DNA from: Eledone cirrhosa
Lineage: Eukaryota
Assembly (NCBI GenBank): GCA_964016885.1
Contig: OZ024743.1
Span: 297,166,001-297,230,000, forward strand
Length of the DNA: 64,000 bases
Reading direction: 5' to 3'
In this document: in pieces, positions 14,008-27,764 of the stretch
Numbering within the stretch: the stretch's first letter is position 1
How the letters are laid out: every line of letters starts with the position of its first letter
The notes under the pieces: generated by a model
What the model saw: the letters and a program-made list of their open reading frames with translations, nothing else
What the model was told of the DNA's origin: nothing
Database searches by the model: none
Translations under genes and position numbers: made by a program

Positions 14008-14008
<1 letters not shown>
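13597..14008. mobile_element. Non-coding fold-back derivative of the PLE at 52325-55897
   Basis: Arms 13597-13751 and 13763-13912 are inverted; near-identical to 55738-55897, and 13915-14008 matches the reverse complement of 52325-52415. Confidence 0.9.
13813..13879 (+). ncRNA. Type-I hammerhead ribozyme (AUA site)
   Basis: TTTTAT-CTGATGA-aaacacaaa...tttgttttt-GAAA-TGCGC-ATA-ATAAAA; stem III palindrome ATGCGCAT; antisense twin at 13632-13698. Confidence 0.75.
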
Positions 14009-14052
<44 letters not shown>

Positions 14053-15633
14053 CCCCGTTCCATTATCTGGTGGGCCCTTAGAAAACTAGGTGTCGACGAA
14101 TGGCTTGTGAGAGCTATACAAGCCATGTATAAAGAAACAGTCAGCAAGGTTAGAATTAACAACGAATATAGTGAAGAGTTTAGCGTAAATGTTGGCGTCC
14201 ATCAGGGCTCTGTTCTCAGCCCCCTACTATTTATTATTGCCCTTCAGGCTATAACAGAGGAGTTCAAGACCGGCTGCCCATGGGAACTCCTATACGCAGA
14301 CGACCTGACACTCATAGCTGAATCAATGGCCGAGCTAGAGAAGAAATTCCAAACATGGAAGCACGGCCTAGAATCATAAAATTAACCTGGCTAAGACTAA
14401 AGTTCTAGTTTGTAGGAAAGAAAATAAGGCGGCGGTCCCTTCCGGGAAATCGCCATGCTCAGTGTGTAGGAAAGGCGTAGGTAGAAACTCCATTTTATGT
14501 CCCAAATGCAAAGTATGGGTGCATAAAAGATGTAGTGGGATCACAGGTAAGCTAACTAAGAACTTAGATTTTACATGTGGGCGGTGCTCTGGTGCAATAA
14601 GTAGCAGCGAGTGCCCACAAAATACTAACTCTTTCAATTGCGCAGAGGGCTCTATAGAAATAGTGGACAGCTTCCGTTACCTGGGTGACAAAATCAGCAG
14701 TGGGGGAGGGTGCTCCGAAAGTACAGTAGCTAGAGTCAGAACTGGATGGAAAAAGTTCAGAGAGCTTATACCACTATTAGCCGCTAAAGGGTTCTCCCTA
14801 AAAATGAAAGGCAGGCTGTATGATGCCTGCATACGAACAGCAATGTTGCATGGCAGTGAGACCTGGGCATTGTGCGCAGAGGATATACGCAGACTAGAGA
14901 GGAACGAAGCTTGCATGCTCCGCTGGATGTGTAATAGTAATATACGTGAACAGCAAAGCATAAACGAACTAAGGAAAAAAAATTAGAAATAAGAGGGATC
15001 AGATGTTGTTTACTCGAGAGAAGGCTACGTTGGTACGGACACGTGATGCGCATGAAAGTCGATAGCTGTATAACAAAGCGCAGGGCAATAAAGATAGACG
15101 GTAGCCACGGAATAGGCAGACCTAGAAAATCCTGGGACGAGCTGATAAACTCCGACCTCACACACTTACACCTCTCCAAGACAATGTCACTGGACCGAGA
15201 CCTTTGGCGGTACTCAGTAATAGAGAAGACCCGCCTTACCTAAATACATAGTAAAACCTACTACAGCCAGTAGGCATCTCTAACAAAATACACCCCCGTC
15301 CCACCACCCACACCCCATCCACACCACCCCCTCCTATGTAAAGTTATGTTGGTGCCACAACATCCAGGCCGAAACAAATGGGATCGTGTAGGTGTCACGA
15401 CAAAAAAACACACAGTCCACGCTGTAATGTGACCGTGTAGGCAACACGGTAAAAACCTCCCAGTCCCACACTGTAAATGTGGTTGGTGTTAGGAAGGGCA
15501 TCCAACTGTAGAAAACCTGCCAGACAGTCCTATGCGAGCAAGACAATCACTCTTGCCTCAAGTGGGAATACCCCCGTCCAAACCCATGCAAGCGTGGAAC
15601 ACGGACGTTAAACGTTGATGATGATGATGATGA
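14053..15633 (+). mobile_element. 5'-truncated RTE family A copy, frameshifted
   Basis: GVHQGSVLSP, LLYADD, PHD-like finger, LRWYGH; deletion of about 8 bp near 14376 and extra As near 14980; (GAT)n tail. Confidence 0.95.
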
Positions 15634-15705
15634 TTGATATATATATATTATATATATATATATATATACACATATATATATATATATATATACATATATA
15701 TATAC

Positions 15706-15774
<69 letters not shown>

Positions 15775-15788
15775 TATATATTGATATA

Positions 15789-15830
<42 letters not shown>

Positions 15831-15855
15831 TGGACGTTAAACGATGATAATGATA

Positions 15856-15980
15856 TAACAAAGGAGGTGTGGTAAGGAACCAGATGGACCATAACGCACC
15901 AGAGTACTCAATACTTAGGGTTGTAGAGTGGGTAATAGGAAAAAAGTTTAACCCCGATGGCAGAGCTTGAGATTTTACCC
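15856..15980. mobile_element. Fragment of the 9911-10106 family
   Basis: Matches the reverse complement of 9994-10106. Confidence 0.7.
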
Positions 15981-15999
15981 ATATATATATATATATATA

Positions 16000-16285
16000 T
16001 CATCATCATCATCATCATCAACGTTTAACGTCCGTGTTCCACGCTTGCATGGGTTTGGACGGGGGTAGTCCCACTTGAGGCAAGAGTGATTGTCTTGCTC
16101 GCATAGGACTGTCTGGCAGGTTTTCTACAGTTGGATGCCCTTCCTAACACCAACCACATTTACAGTGTGGGTCTGGGAGGTTTTTACCGTGTTGCCTACA
16201 CGGCCACATTACAGCGTGGACTGTGTGTTTTTTTGTCGTGACACCTACACGATCTCATTTGTTTCGGCCTCGATGGCGCGGCACC
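16000..16285 (-). mobile_element. RTE family A 3' UTR
   Basis: Near-identical to 47412-47697. Confidence 0.9.
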
Positions 16286-16366
16286 TATATACATATATAC
16301 ATATATATTGATATATATATATATATAAGTAAATATATATGTATATATATATATATATATATGCAT

Positions 16367-16460
16367 ATTGCTCTATGGTTCTTATATATTTGATATATAT
16401 ATTTATCCTTATCGAGCCCCCTTTGGATTTTAGTCTTCAAATTTATCATTATTACTATTA
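16367..16460 (+). mobile_element. Fragment of the 51693-52212 PLE-terminus family
   Basis: tatttatccttatcgagccc...ggattttagtcttca matches 51857-51895. Confidence 0.7.
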
Positions 16461-16461
16461 T

Positions 16462-17185
16462 TACTGGCCTGGCAGTGCTACCGAGGAGCCTTGCCAGTTC
16501 GGGATAAACTTTACAGGCATGGAGGTGCGGTCAGGGCGACGAAACCGTCCTGCACGCACTCGTCCAGTGTCCGAAAATTGCTGACTTGTGGGTTTATGTC
16601 GAACACCTGCTGTCGCGTGTAGGACGGATCCAGCCATCAGCTGAGTCCATCGTGAGGATTGCCCCGCCCTCTTCCTTTAGCCGGGAAGGGCAGGCAGTTT
16701 TTATCTGTCTGGTGGCCATGGCGAAAGAGATAGTATGGTGGACACATTTGAAAGGGCTGAAGACGAGCACTTACCTCTTCGGTGATGCCCTGATTGACTT
16801 TTTCAAATTTCATTTGAAAAGGAAAATCAGAGTAGAGAGGGAAGTGCTCTCTTCCCAGCATTTTGTTGAAAGATGGGTGAGAGAGGCAAGAATGGCCCGA
16901 GTGAATGGGCCTACTCTGAGGATGTGTCTGTAAATTAAAGGTGGAAAACTGGGAGAGGGCCCTTGCCTTGGTGGTCAGGGTCACTGTGGCCTTTTACTGG
17001 GCTTTCTCCACGAATGTCCCTCGGAAGTCTCCCCCCTATTGGGGAATTTTTCATTGTTATTTTTTTGTTACATCCTCTGTTTTTGTTTTTTACACGCAGA
17101 AATGCCCATTTGTACCGTCCTGTATTGTCCTGCACTGTCCTTAATGTCTACTTTATGTAACCCTTGTGGTTAATAAAGAAATCAT
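16462..17185 (+). mobile_element. 3' end of an L1/Tx1-like non-LTR retrotransposon
   Basis: Translates WQCYRGALPVRDKLYRHG...DETVLHALVQCPKIADLW (zf-RVT/CCHC-type C-terminus), T-rich UTR, AATAAA; tcattattactattatta occurs on both sides as a possible TSD. Confidence 0.7.
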
Positions 17186-17338
17186 TATTACTATTATTAT
17201 TATTATTATTTTTATTATTATTACTATATGTATATATATATATATATATATGAGCAAGGAAAAGCGGACGTAAAATGATGAATAAAATGATATATATATG
17301 CATATATATATATATATATATATATACATATGTATATT

Positions 17339-17525
17339 TAATATAGAAATGGCTTCTACAGGACTAGAAATATTTCATTCGAAGGAAATCATCAGGAAAG
17401 TCCTGATGATTTCCTTCGAATGAAACACTTCCCATCCTGTAGCAGCCATTTCTATATTAAATATTTATACTCTGCTATGTATTGAGTACCTTACTGTGGT
17501 TACCCCTGATTGAACCTGGGATACA
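17339..17525. mobile_element. Fold-back PLE-terminus insert with hammerhead-like core
   Basis: Arms 17339-17397 and 17401-17459 are inverted; CTGATGA-tttc-cttc-gaat-GAAA at 17403-17425; stem I not evident. Confidence 0.55.
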
Positions 17526-17584
17526 CATCTCTCTCTCCCTCACGCACTCACTCTCTCTCTCTCTATCTATCTATCCATCAATAT

Positions 17585-17890
17585 CATCATTATCATCATC
17601 ATCATCATCATCGTCGTTTAACGTCTATCTTCCACGCTAGCATGGGTTTAGACGGTAATTGTCCCACTTGAGGCAAGATTGGTTAACAGGTGCCTACTGA
17701 CTGTAGGTTTTGCTTTTTACTTAGGCAAGGCGGGTCTTCTGTATTACTGTGTAGCGCCAAAGATCTCGGTCCAGTGACATTGTCTTGGAGAGGTGTAAGT
17801 GTGTAAGGTCGGAATTTATCAAGTCGTCCCAGCTTTTTCTGGGTCTGCCTACTCCGCAGCTACCGTCTATTTTGATCGCCCTGCACTTTT
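17585..17890 (-). mobile_element. RTE family A-related 3' end with shortened UTR
   Basis: Translates GRPRKSWDDLINSDLTHLHLSKTMSLDRDLWRY; (CAT)n tail. Confidence 0.85.
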
Positions 17891-17927
17891 TTATATTAGG
17901 TTAACGCTTGATATAGCAGGAAGAGCA

Positions 17928-17963
17928 TCTTGACGTTTCGGACGCTAGTCCTTCATCAGAAGA
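17928..17963 (-). ncRNA. Minimal type-I hammerhead ribozyme (GUC site)
   Basis: Minus strand tctt-CTGATGA-a-GGAC-tagc-GTCC-GAAA-C-GTC-aaga. Confidence 0.85.
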
Positions 17964-18199
17964 AAGAATGAGAAATAAGATAGATTGAGGGGACGGGCGG
18001 GATGGAATTGGAAAAAAATGTCTTTAGATAAAAATAACAGGTCCATTCATGTTGACATCTCTTGCAAAACTGTTGGTGCTGGCGTTTTGTGTATGATTTA
18101 TTTTTGTAGAAAAGTGGATGATGGAGGACGTCTACCTGAAATGGAAAAAAAATGGAAATAAAATGTTTTCTAAAAAGAGCTCTACTTATGTGCGTGTAA

Positions 18200-18240
<41 letters not shown>

Positions 18241-18335
18241 TATATAAGTATATATATGTATATGTGTGTACATGTCTGTGTAAATATGTATATGAGGGAA
18301 CAGACAATTCAACAGCATGACAGTTTACATTTATG

Positions 18336-18386
<51 letters not shown>

Positions 18387-19096
18387 ATTGTTATACCTGG
18401 GGAGGGTCATATTGTTGTAATAATATTGCCAGAAATAATAACAGAACACACTCACTGTTTGGTTGGTTTTCGCTTCTGTATCTTTTATATCTCCATAGTT
18501 AAATCATTCAGTCCTCAATGTTTACCATTGACTGACCAACGGTCAAAAATACAGATATAATATAGATATAAACACATATATATAGTCTAACAAAGTTCTT
18601 TTGTTGCACATCTGCAACATCATCAGTGGTACTATTATGTTCCTCCTGTTGTATTGTATATCTACGCCATTTTTATTTTGTCTGTTTGTTTATTTATTTA
18701 TTTTTGTCTTCTTCTCTGTGCATGCATTTGCGTGTGCGTATAGTGTTTGGTGTGTGTTCGCATTTGGGTGACTGCGTTTCGGTTATTGTATTCTATCTTA
18801 GTTTACTAGTGTGTGTTTATATGTGTTTGTTGTTATTGTGCTTGTGTATATATTTATTTATTTATTTATATTTCTCTTAAGTCAGTATTGTTTGTTTGGG
18901 TATGGTTGTTGTTGCTATTCCATTCATTTTTTCTGTTTAGCTTTGACCTTCTAAGCTTGCCTGTCTGATTTGCCTATCTGCTGGGTCATTTCTATGTTTA
19001 GATATTATTTTAATTCTATGTTGTCTATGTTACCGTCATGTTGTTGTCTGGCATGATCGTATAATACTGAACCGAAAAAACAGTTTAGTACTATAG

Positions 19097-19272
19097 CACT
19101 CACTGTAAGTGAGGTTGGTGTTAGGAAGGGTATCCAGCTGTAGAAATCAAGCCAGAATCAGTTCCCGTATGAGCAAGACAAGGTCAGCCGACTGGCCACT
19201 GCCCACAACAGGACAACCCGTCTAACCCATGCTAGCGTGGAAGAATGGACGTAAAACAGTGATGATGATGAA
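19097..19272 (+). mobile_element. RTE family B 3' tail
   Basis: Matches 44351-44530. Confidence 0.85.
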
Positions 19273-19273
19273 G

Positions 19274-19304
<31 letters not shown>

Positions 19305-19317
19305 TATACATACAAAC

Positions 19318-19373
<56 letters not shown>

Positions 19374-20354
19374 CACTGAAATGGAATGAGGTAACAGACA
19401 ATTTGACAGCGTGAGAATTTTTTAAAATGTAAAGAAAAGTTTTAAAAAATATATTAAAGATACAATATGTAGTGAACAAATTATATATTACACAAAACAT
19501 AAAAATATGTGTTCACTGAAAATATTTAAGCTAAATAGAATGTAAAGAAAAGAAAAGAAATAAGTTTGAGGTTTTGGGTTAAACTCTCCAAAGGAAAGTA
19601 TCAGGGTGATACCAAGCTGGAGAATAAATGTTTCAAACAAATGTGTTGAACATATATATATATATATAGGAAAAAAGTCAGGACCCTGACGGTAGAGCTC
19701 AAGCCGTTTTGACAGCTATTTCTGGACTCAACTACAACACGCTTCACTTTTTTTCTAAATCATATATATATATATATATATACATTTATATCTGACCTAT
19801 CATTGTCCACAACAAGACAACCTGTCTAACCCATGCTAGCATGGAAAAATTGACATAAAATGGTGATGATGATATATATATATATATATATTGTTACACT
19901 GGGAGGGTCATGCTGCCAATAAAAACACACACACCTGTGGTAGCATGACCCTTCCAATATTTCAACGCACATTTTCAGAGAAGAAATCTTGGAAAACAAA
20001 TTCAAAGACGAAAGTATGTATATATATATATATCACTTGCCGATTTTGCAATGGGTAACCCCTGCTTGCCAAGGGAGACGTAAGATCTTCTTTGTATTCT
20101 TTTATCGCTTCCTTTATTTCCTTCCTTCCCCCCTCTCTCCTTAGTCCTTCTACCCCAGCTCTTCTCCTTTGTCGGCGTCTTTTCTCGGCCACCCGAGGCT
20201 GCCCTTTGGCCCCTTGTAGCCTTAGTACCCCCACCCCCTCCCTAGTCTAGGATAGATTTGGCGGACTCCGCCCTTTATAGCAGTTGGTTTAGACCCCGGA
20301 TACTTGTCCCCTTTTTCCGACCGCTCCCACTATTCTCTGTGCCCTCTATATTTC

Positions 20355-20998
20355 TTAGATGTTGTTTACTCGAGAGAAGGCTACGTTGGTACGGACACAT
20401 GATGCGCATGAAAGTCGATAGCTGTATAACAAAGTGCAGGGCAATAAAGATAGACGGTAGTCACGGAATAGGCAGACCTAGAAAAACCTGGGACGAGCTG
20501 ATAAACTCCAACCTCACACACTTACACCTCTCCAAGACAATGTCACTGGACCGAGACCTTTGGCGGTACTCAGTAATAGAGAAGACCCGCCTTACCTAAA
20601 TACATAGTAAAACCTACTACAGCCAGTAGGCATCTCTAACAAAATACACCCCCGTCCCACCACCCACACCCCCATCCACACCACCCCCTTCTATGTAAAG
20701 TTATGTTGGTGCCACACCATCCAGGCCGAAACAAATGAGATCGTGTAGGTGTCACGACAAAAAAACACACAGTCCACGCTGTAATGTGGTGTGGCCGTGT
20801 AGGCAACACGGTAAAAACCTCCCAGTCCCACACTGTAAATGTGGTTGGTGTTAGGAAGGGCATCCAACTGTAGAAAACCCGCCAGACAGTCCTATGCGAG
20901 CAAGACAATCACTCTTGCCTCAAGTGGGAATACCGCCGTCCAAACCCATGCAAGCGTGGAACACGGACGTTAAACGTTGATGATGATGATGATGATGA
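20355..20998 (+). mobile_element. RTE family A 3' end
   Basis: RCCLLERRLRWYGH...EKTRLT* plus UTR and (GAT)n. Confidence 0.92.
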
Positions 20999-21069
20999 TA
21001 TATATATCCTCCTCCTCCTCCTAATCATCAACATCATCATCATGTATATATATATATATGTGTTTATGT

Positions 21070-21440
21070 AGCAATATCTGTAGGTGTGAAAAGGATATGC
21101 TGTCAATATGGTGTCCATGTTTCCAATGATTACAGCAGTGATGTGATGACACATTCCCCATAAATGCAGATCTTGGTGGAAAGTGTGAAAACCTTGTCTG
21201 ACCAGACTCGTTTTTCAGATACACCAAATGTGATAGAGGCCTTATCAACTCTCATGTTGGTCTCAGAATAGGGATGTATTTTCAGTGCCAGAACTTCCAA
21301 TATAAGCAAATGCATCCACAACATCAAGCCTGGTTTCCTAAGCAAATATCTTCCATTCTGCATACAGCTCGCTTGGAGCAGGTGAAAATATTATTTTAGG
21401 CTACTTTCCAGATGGTATCAGCGCCTTGGATTCTTTCATC
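21070..21440 (-). mobile_element. Old LINE RT remnant
   Basis: Minus-strand fragments resembling degraded RT C-terminal sequence (LRKPGL..FAYI). Confidence 0.35.
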
Positions 21441-21955
21441 ATAATGATCAGCATTATTCTCATCATCATTCATCATCTATCTTCCCGATTAAAAAGAGTT
21501 GGATGAGTCATCACAGACCAAGTCAGTACTGAATCAGAGCCACTGATCTCTCACTTTACAGAGTGCAGCATGCATTTTATTGTAAGAGGTCATCAAGTTT
21601 TTGGCACAATTGAAAAATCCTCTCTACTCTTTGTTTGGCAAGTTTTCTACAACAGAATACCTCTCCTATAACCAGCCCCTTTACAAAGTACTCAATGCAT
21701 TTTATCATGTCTTTGACACTAGAGAGGCTGAAGAATCCCCTTAAACCTTTTTGGTGTGGGTGGCTGCATTTTATTGTGGTACCAGCACTAGGGAAATTGT
21801 TGGGCATTGACTTGACTGAAGAGCCCTGTCTACCCTATGAGGAGAATAGGATGGGGGTAGGTAGGAAGAATAATAAAATTACCCACTAGATATCAGAAGA
21901 AGGAACCCCATCAAAAACCCTCTCCAGATCTACAAATGCCAGGTACAGGGTTTTA

Positions 21956-22057
<102 letters not shown>

Positions 22058-22074
22058 AGATATCAAAATGACAA

Positions 22075-22440
22075 TGACGATGATGGCAACCTTTGGCACC
22101 ATGCAGTTATACAGAAGACCCAACTGCCATTGCATACAAACCTACAGTTAGTAGGCACCTCTTAACCCAATGTACACCCCACCCCCACACCTCTACTCCT
22201 CCCTCTCCCATTCCATCCACTGTGTCGATGACACAACAGTCCACACTGGCTGTATAGGAGACACGGTGCAAAGGCTCCCAGTCCACACTGTAAATGTGGT
22301 TGGTGTTAAGAAGGGCATCCAGCAGTAAAAAAACCTGGCAGAGACGCTTCCGTGCAAGTGAGGCATGGTCTCCCGACCATTCCCGCATCAAATGCTAGCG
22401 TGGAAGATGGATGTTAAATGATGATGATGATGATGATGAT
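22075..22440 (+). mobile_element. Diverged RTE 3' end
   Basis: ctttggcaccatgcagttatacagaagacc plus ggttggtgttaagaagggcatccagc and (GAT)n. Confidence 0.75.
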
Positions 22441-22669
22441 ACATATATATATATACATACATACACATACACATACATGTGTGTGTATATATATATACAT
22501 ATGTACACATACATGATGGCTGCAACTTGATTTATTGATTTTGAGTTATGCCATGTCCAGATTCACATTCCGATGTTAAGCACCTCACAAGGTATATTCA
22601 GGTACATTTTTGTTTGTTGCACCAACACTATCACATTACTAAATTTATTCCAATACCATGTCTGGAATT

Positions 22670-23000
22670 TTTTCTGTCACTCTTCTACAATTTCAGTTAT
22701 AAGAACTAGATCATTAGCATAGAGGAATTCCCATGTACATCCACACTTAAACTATTTCATTATAGCCTGGATGACTAAATAAACAGGAGGGGGTTGAGAA
22801 CTAAGCCTCGATCTACTCCTACCTGCATGACTCTCACTTTGCTGACTGCACCCCTGTAAATGGATTGTACAGCCCTTACAAGCCTTTCAACTATTCCTAG
22901 CTTCTTCCAGATTATAGATTGTAGGATCCTGTCAAAAACCTTTTACAGATCGATAAATGCTAAGTATATTCCAAGCAAAATACTTCTGCAGTTGTTTCAT
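22670..23000 (-). mobile_element. Old RTE RT fragment
   Basis: Minus strand tgggaattcctctatgctaatgat (WEFLYAND) and GAVSKVR, related to family B. Confidence 0.65.
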
Positions 23001-23992
23001 TAGGATGTGATGATATTAGTGGAAGTAGCTTTTTGTCATTATATCATAAGTAATAAATCATGGAAGTAATGTTGTGTCTGTTTCTCATTATTTGTTATTG
23101 CAAATCTATAGTTTGTTAACAATAACATCAGGCCAAGAACCTGTTTGACAGTAATGTTTGGTGTTAGTTTGTTGCTAAGCTATTCTATGTGTTCTGTTCT
23201 GCCTTATATTTTGACCAATCGTATACTTTTTGTAGTAATTCTACACATGTCAGGTCAGATCAAATGATCTGCTACAGGTCATCATGTAAATCAGTACTAC
23301 CAATGTCATGGTTGGGTGTCAATGACTAAACCAGTAATGCTATTTAGAGTTTCACTATAGTGTGTGGAGGGTAAATGGATGTCCTAACTGGACAGAATAA
23401 CAAAACGTGTCTTTTAACAAGGGGTTAATATTCATCCATCAAGTTTAAAAATAGAATGAGACCCACTAAAGATTTTGAGTCTAGCTTTGCTGACTCTCTT
23501 GGCAACTTCTGCATCCGAATATCTCAGAAATACTGGCTTTGTTTTTCAAATGATCCAGAGGGACCCAGACAAGAAAAGTGTGAAGGCCATCCAACATGGC
23601 TTAAATCAGTCCACGAAAGGCTAGGATTATCATTTCATTTTAACCACCAATCAGTTCCCTCACAGAAATAAACTATTGACTGTTGATGAACAATACTACT
23701 CCAGTATTTGTTGTCAAAAACAGCAGCGTCACATCATTCTACAAAAGTCATGTAAGATAATTTTCATAGAAATACATTAATCATCTAAATGTATTTAATG
23801 GATTACTAGTATACAATTTGTTTTATATATTTTTTAGGATGTGACTTTTAATTTTTCAATGTATTTTATCATTGGATGTAATGGATGTTGTGTTATCATA
23901 GATAAGTTGTTTTTTTTATATTATGTTTCGTTATTCTATAGATGAGATGAATTGGGTTCTTGAATGTAGTTTATATGTATGTGTTTTCTTTT

Positions 23993-24172
23993 TACGAGGG
24001 CTGGCTAGCTGTGAAATCTTGCATGCATTAAATTCAACTCTTTTTATTAATAACTTCATTGTTTCTTACCAGGGACTATGTTGAAAAATATACCTCATTT
24101 AGTCATTCCATGAGAATGTCATGGTCAGCCCATGAACTTTTCAGCCTGTGAACTTTTCAGCCGACCCTTGTA
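23993..24172. mobile_element. Tc1/mariner-type MITE, second copy
   Basis: tacgaggg...ttttcagccgacccttgta; internal match to 1175-1310. Confidence 0.6.
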
Positions 24173-24397
24173 TTTGATGTTGTTACTATATTGTGGTAAA
24201 GTTTGGTTTATTAAATTCATTATTTATGGAAGTTTTTATCAACTATTATTTTTGTCTTTTGTTTCTTTCAATAAATTTTATTATTATTTGATAAAATAAA
24301 GTATCAGTCAGGTACTGAGGTTGATATAATTGTCTTACCTTTCCCTGACAAAAGCTATTTCTGTCCTTGTGTCTAGATTAGAAACTGTTGTTGTTAT

Positions 24398-24590
24398 TGT
24401 GGATTGGCAATATCAGTAGAGCGTTGGACACCATGTTCTGAGTTAAAATCCCACCATGGTTAGCTTTGCCTTTCATCCTTATGGGTCGATAAAATAAGGT
24501 ACCAGTAATGCACTGGGATAGATTTAGTTCACTTTCCCCTTCCTTTCAAATTGCTGGCCTTGTACCTAAATCAGAAACCATTATTATTGT
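24398..24590 (+). mobile_element. tRNA-derived SINE
   Basis: gtggattggca...gagttaaaatccc...gcctttcatcctt..gggtcgataaaata..taccagt, as in 42113-42300. Confidence 0.75.
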
Positions 24591-25392
24591 TATGCAGACA
24601 CTATTAGAACTGATCATCCATGAACTTGGCTGGTCTCGCTTAGGGATCCAGCCAGATCAGTTGGAGATGGTTGCTTCTGACAGGACCTGCTGGAAGGAGT
24701 GTTTGAGGTCTCTGCCCTCTAAACCCTCTCGGGAATAAGTGGGCAAAGAAGAAGAAAAAGAAGGTTTGAGTCAAACTGAAGCTATTGAAAATGAGGTTTG
24801 CTCAAGATACTACCCAGTGAGGTTGAACCCAGGACCTTATAATTATAAAGTGAGCATCTAAACTATTCTACCACATACTTTTTAACTGACTGATCATGTA
24901 TCTACAATAATGATCCATTGAAACATATGATGGTGCATAACATGACTCCCATGCAGAAGTAGAAGATTGGTCAAAAATGCTATATTTATTAATAACAAAA
25001 TATAATGCAAACCTCAACACACAGATAGAACAACCTAGCAACAAACGGCAGACGGCATGGCTAAACTGTTTCCTGATTGTTGAAAGAAACTTGACGTCAG
25101 CTGTTAAGAAATTTACAATCCAGTGGAAATGAATGAGAAACAACAACAAAAAAATAAAAATAAAGAAAAAGAAATCATCATCTTTTGTCTATGTTAACAA
25201 CAGCAATAACAACACTGACAGTATTATGGTTTTGTCTAGAAGATAAGATCATAGAGGTCTTGAAATGTCAATGAATCTTGGAAAAGTTTCGTTTATTGTT
25301 TCAGACAAAACAAATAATTAATAAGGAAATATGAAAAATCCTTAATAAAAATGTCAAGATTGTAGCATGGTTGTGCTTTCAATCAGAAACAT

Positions 25393-25433
<41 letters not shown>

Positions 25434-25490
25434 GACACACACACACACATATATATTGGAAAATGTGTGAAATCCTTGGTACAGTTAGGT

Positions 25491-25660
25491 ATATTTAAAA
25501 AAAGGAAAAGAATGACTTCACTTGTAGTTCTAAACAATTTCATTTAATTTTATAATATCATAATTTTACAATTTGGTTTTGTAAAATTATAACATTATAA
25601 GATTAAATTAAATTGTTTAGAACTACAAATGAAGTCATTCTTTTCCTTTTTTTGAATATA
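25491..25660. repeat. About 170-bp imperfect AT-rich palindrome
   Basis: aaaaggaaaagaatgacttca..tgtagttctaaacaattt / aaattgtttagaactaca..tgaagtcattcttttcctttt with an inner ataattttacaa / ttgtaaaattat stem. Confidence 0.8.
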
Positions 25661-25666
25661 TATATA

Positions 25667-27750
25667 TCATCATCATCATCATCAACGTTTAACGTCCGTG
25701 TTCCACGCTTGCATGGGTTTGGACGGGGGTAGTCTCACTTGAGGCAAGAGTGATTGTCTTGCTCGCATAGGACTGTCTGGCAGGTTTTCTACAGTTGGAT
25801 GCCCTTCCTAACACCAACCACATTTACAGTGTGGGTCTGGGAGGTTTTTACCGTGTTGCCTACACGGCCACATTACAGCGTGGACTGTGTGTTTTTTTTT
25901 TGTCGTGACACCTACACGATCTCATTTGTTTCGGCCTGGATGGCGCGGCACCAACATAACTTTACATAGAACGGGGTGGTGTGGATGGGGTGGTGGTGGT
26001 GGTGGTGGGACGGGGTGTATTTTGTTAGAGATGCCTACTGGCTGTAGTAGGTTTTACTATGTATTTAGGTAAGGCGGGTCTTCTCTGTTACTGAGTACCG
26101 CCAAAGGTCTCGGTCCAGTGACATTGTCTTGGAGAGGTGTAAGTGTGTGAGGTCGGAGTTTATCAGCTCGTCCCATGTTTTTCTGGGTCTGCCTACTCCG
26201 TGGCTACCGTCTATCTTTATTGCCCTGCACTTTGTTATACAGCTGTCGTCTTTCATGCGCATCACGTGACCGTACCAACGTAGCCTTCTCTCGAGTAAAC
26301 AACATCTGATCCCTCTTATTTCTAATTTTTTCCTTAGTTCGTTTATGCTTTGCCGTTCACGTATATTACTATTGCACATCCAGCGGAGCATGCAAGCTTC
26401 GTTCCTCTCTAGTCTGCGTATATCCTCTGCACACAATGCCCAGGTCTCACTGCCATGCAGCATTGCTGTTCGTATGCAGGCATCGTATAACCTGCCTTTC
26501 ATTTTTAGGGAGAACCCTCTAGCGGCTAATAGTGGTATAAGCTCTCTGAACTTTTTCCAACCAGTTCTGACTCTAGCTACGGTACTTTCAGAGCACCCTC
26601 CCCCACTGCTGATTTTATCGCCCAGGTAACGGAAGCTGTCCACTATCTCTATAGAACCCTCTGCGCAATTGAAAGAGCTAGTATTTTGTGGGCACTTGCT
26701 GCTACTTATTGCACCAGAGCACCGGCCACATGTAAAATCTAAGTTCTTAGTTAGCTTACCTGTGATCCCACTACATCTTTTATGCACCCATACTTTGCAT
26801 TTAGGACATAAAATGGAGTTTCTACCTACGCCTTTCCTACACACCGAGCACGACCATTTCCCAGAAGGGACCGCCGCCTTATTTTCTTTCCTACAAACTA
26901 GAACTTTAGTCTTAGCCAGGTTAATTTTAAGTCCTTTTGATTCTAGGTCGTGCTTCCATGTTTGGAATTTCTTCTCTAGCTCGGCCATTGATTCCGCTAT
27001 GAGCGTCAGGTCGTCTGCGTATAGGAGTTCCCATGGGCAGCCGGTGTTGTACTCCTCTGTTATAGCCTGAAGGGCAATAATAAATAGTAGGGGGCTGAGA
27101 ACAGAGCCCTGATGGACGCCAACTTTTATGCTAAACTCTTCACTATATTCGTTGTTAATTCTAACCTTGCTGACTGTTTCTTTATACATGGCTTGTATAG
27201 CTCTCACAAGCCATTCATCAACACCTAGTTTTCTAAGAGCCCACCAGATAATGGAGCGGGGGACTCTGTCGAAGGCTTTCTCCAAGTCGACAAAAGCTAA
27301 GTAGAGGGGTTTACCTTTAGCTAGGTACTTCTCCTGTAGTTGTCGTACAATGAAAAGAGCGTCTGTGGTACTTTTGCCTGACACAAACCCGAACTGCATT
27401 TCATCTAGGTCAATTCTCTCTCTGATTAGTTGCGCTATTACTTTTTCCGTGACCTTCATGACCTGGTCGATTAATTTAATGCCTCTATAGTTACTCCTAT
27501 CTAAGGCGTCTCCTTTACCCTTATAACAGTTAACGATGATGCTGCTATGCCAGTCCTTCGGAACAACCCCATTCTGTACGACTTGGTTAACTATGCGGGT
27601 GACCATGGTGTGTCCCACCGTGCCAGATGCCTTCAGCATCTCAGCAACTATTTCCGAAGGCCCAGCCGCCTTACCCGTCTTCATATCCTTGATTGCCTTA
27701 CTTATTATACTCCCCTCGACTAACACTGCTGGTCCCTCTATTGGGTCGAT
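25667..27750 (-). mobile_element. 5'-truncated RTE family A copy with open RT frame
   Basis: ORF 26065-27750 is near-identical to 47767-49463; the annotated N-terminus beyond 27750 is unrelated flank. Confidence 0.95.
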
Positions 27751-27764
27751 ATGTATATATATAT

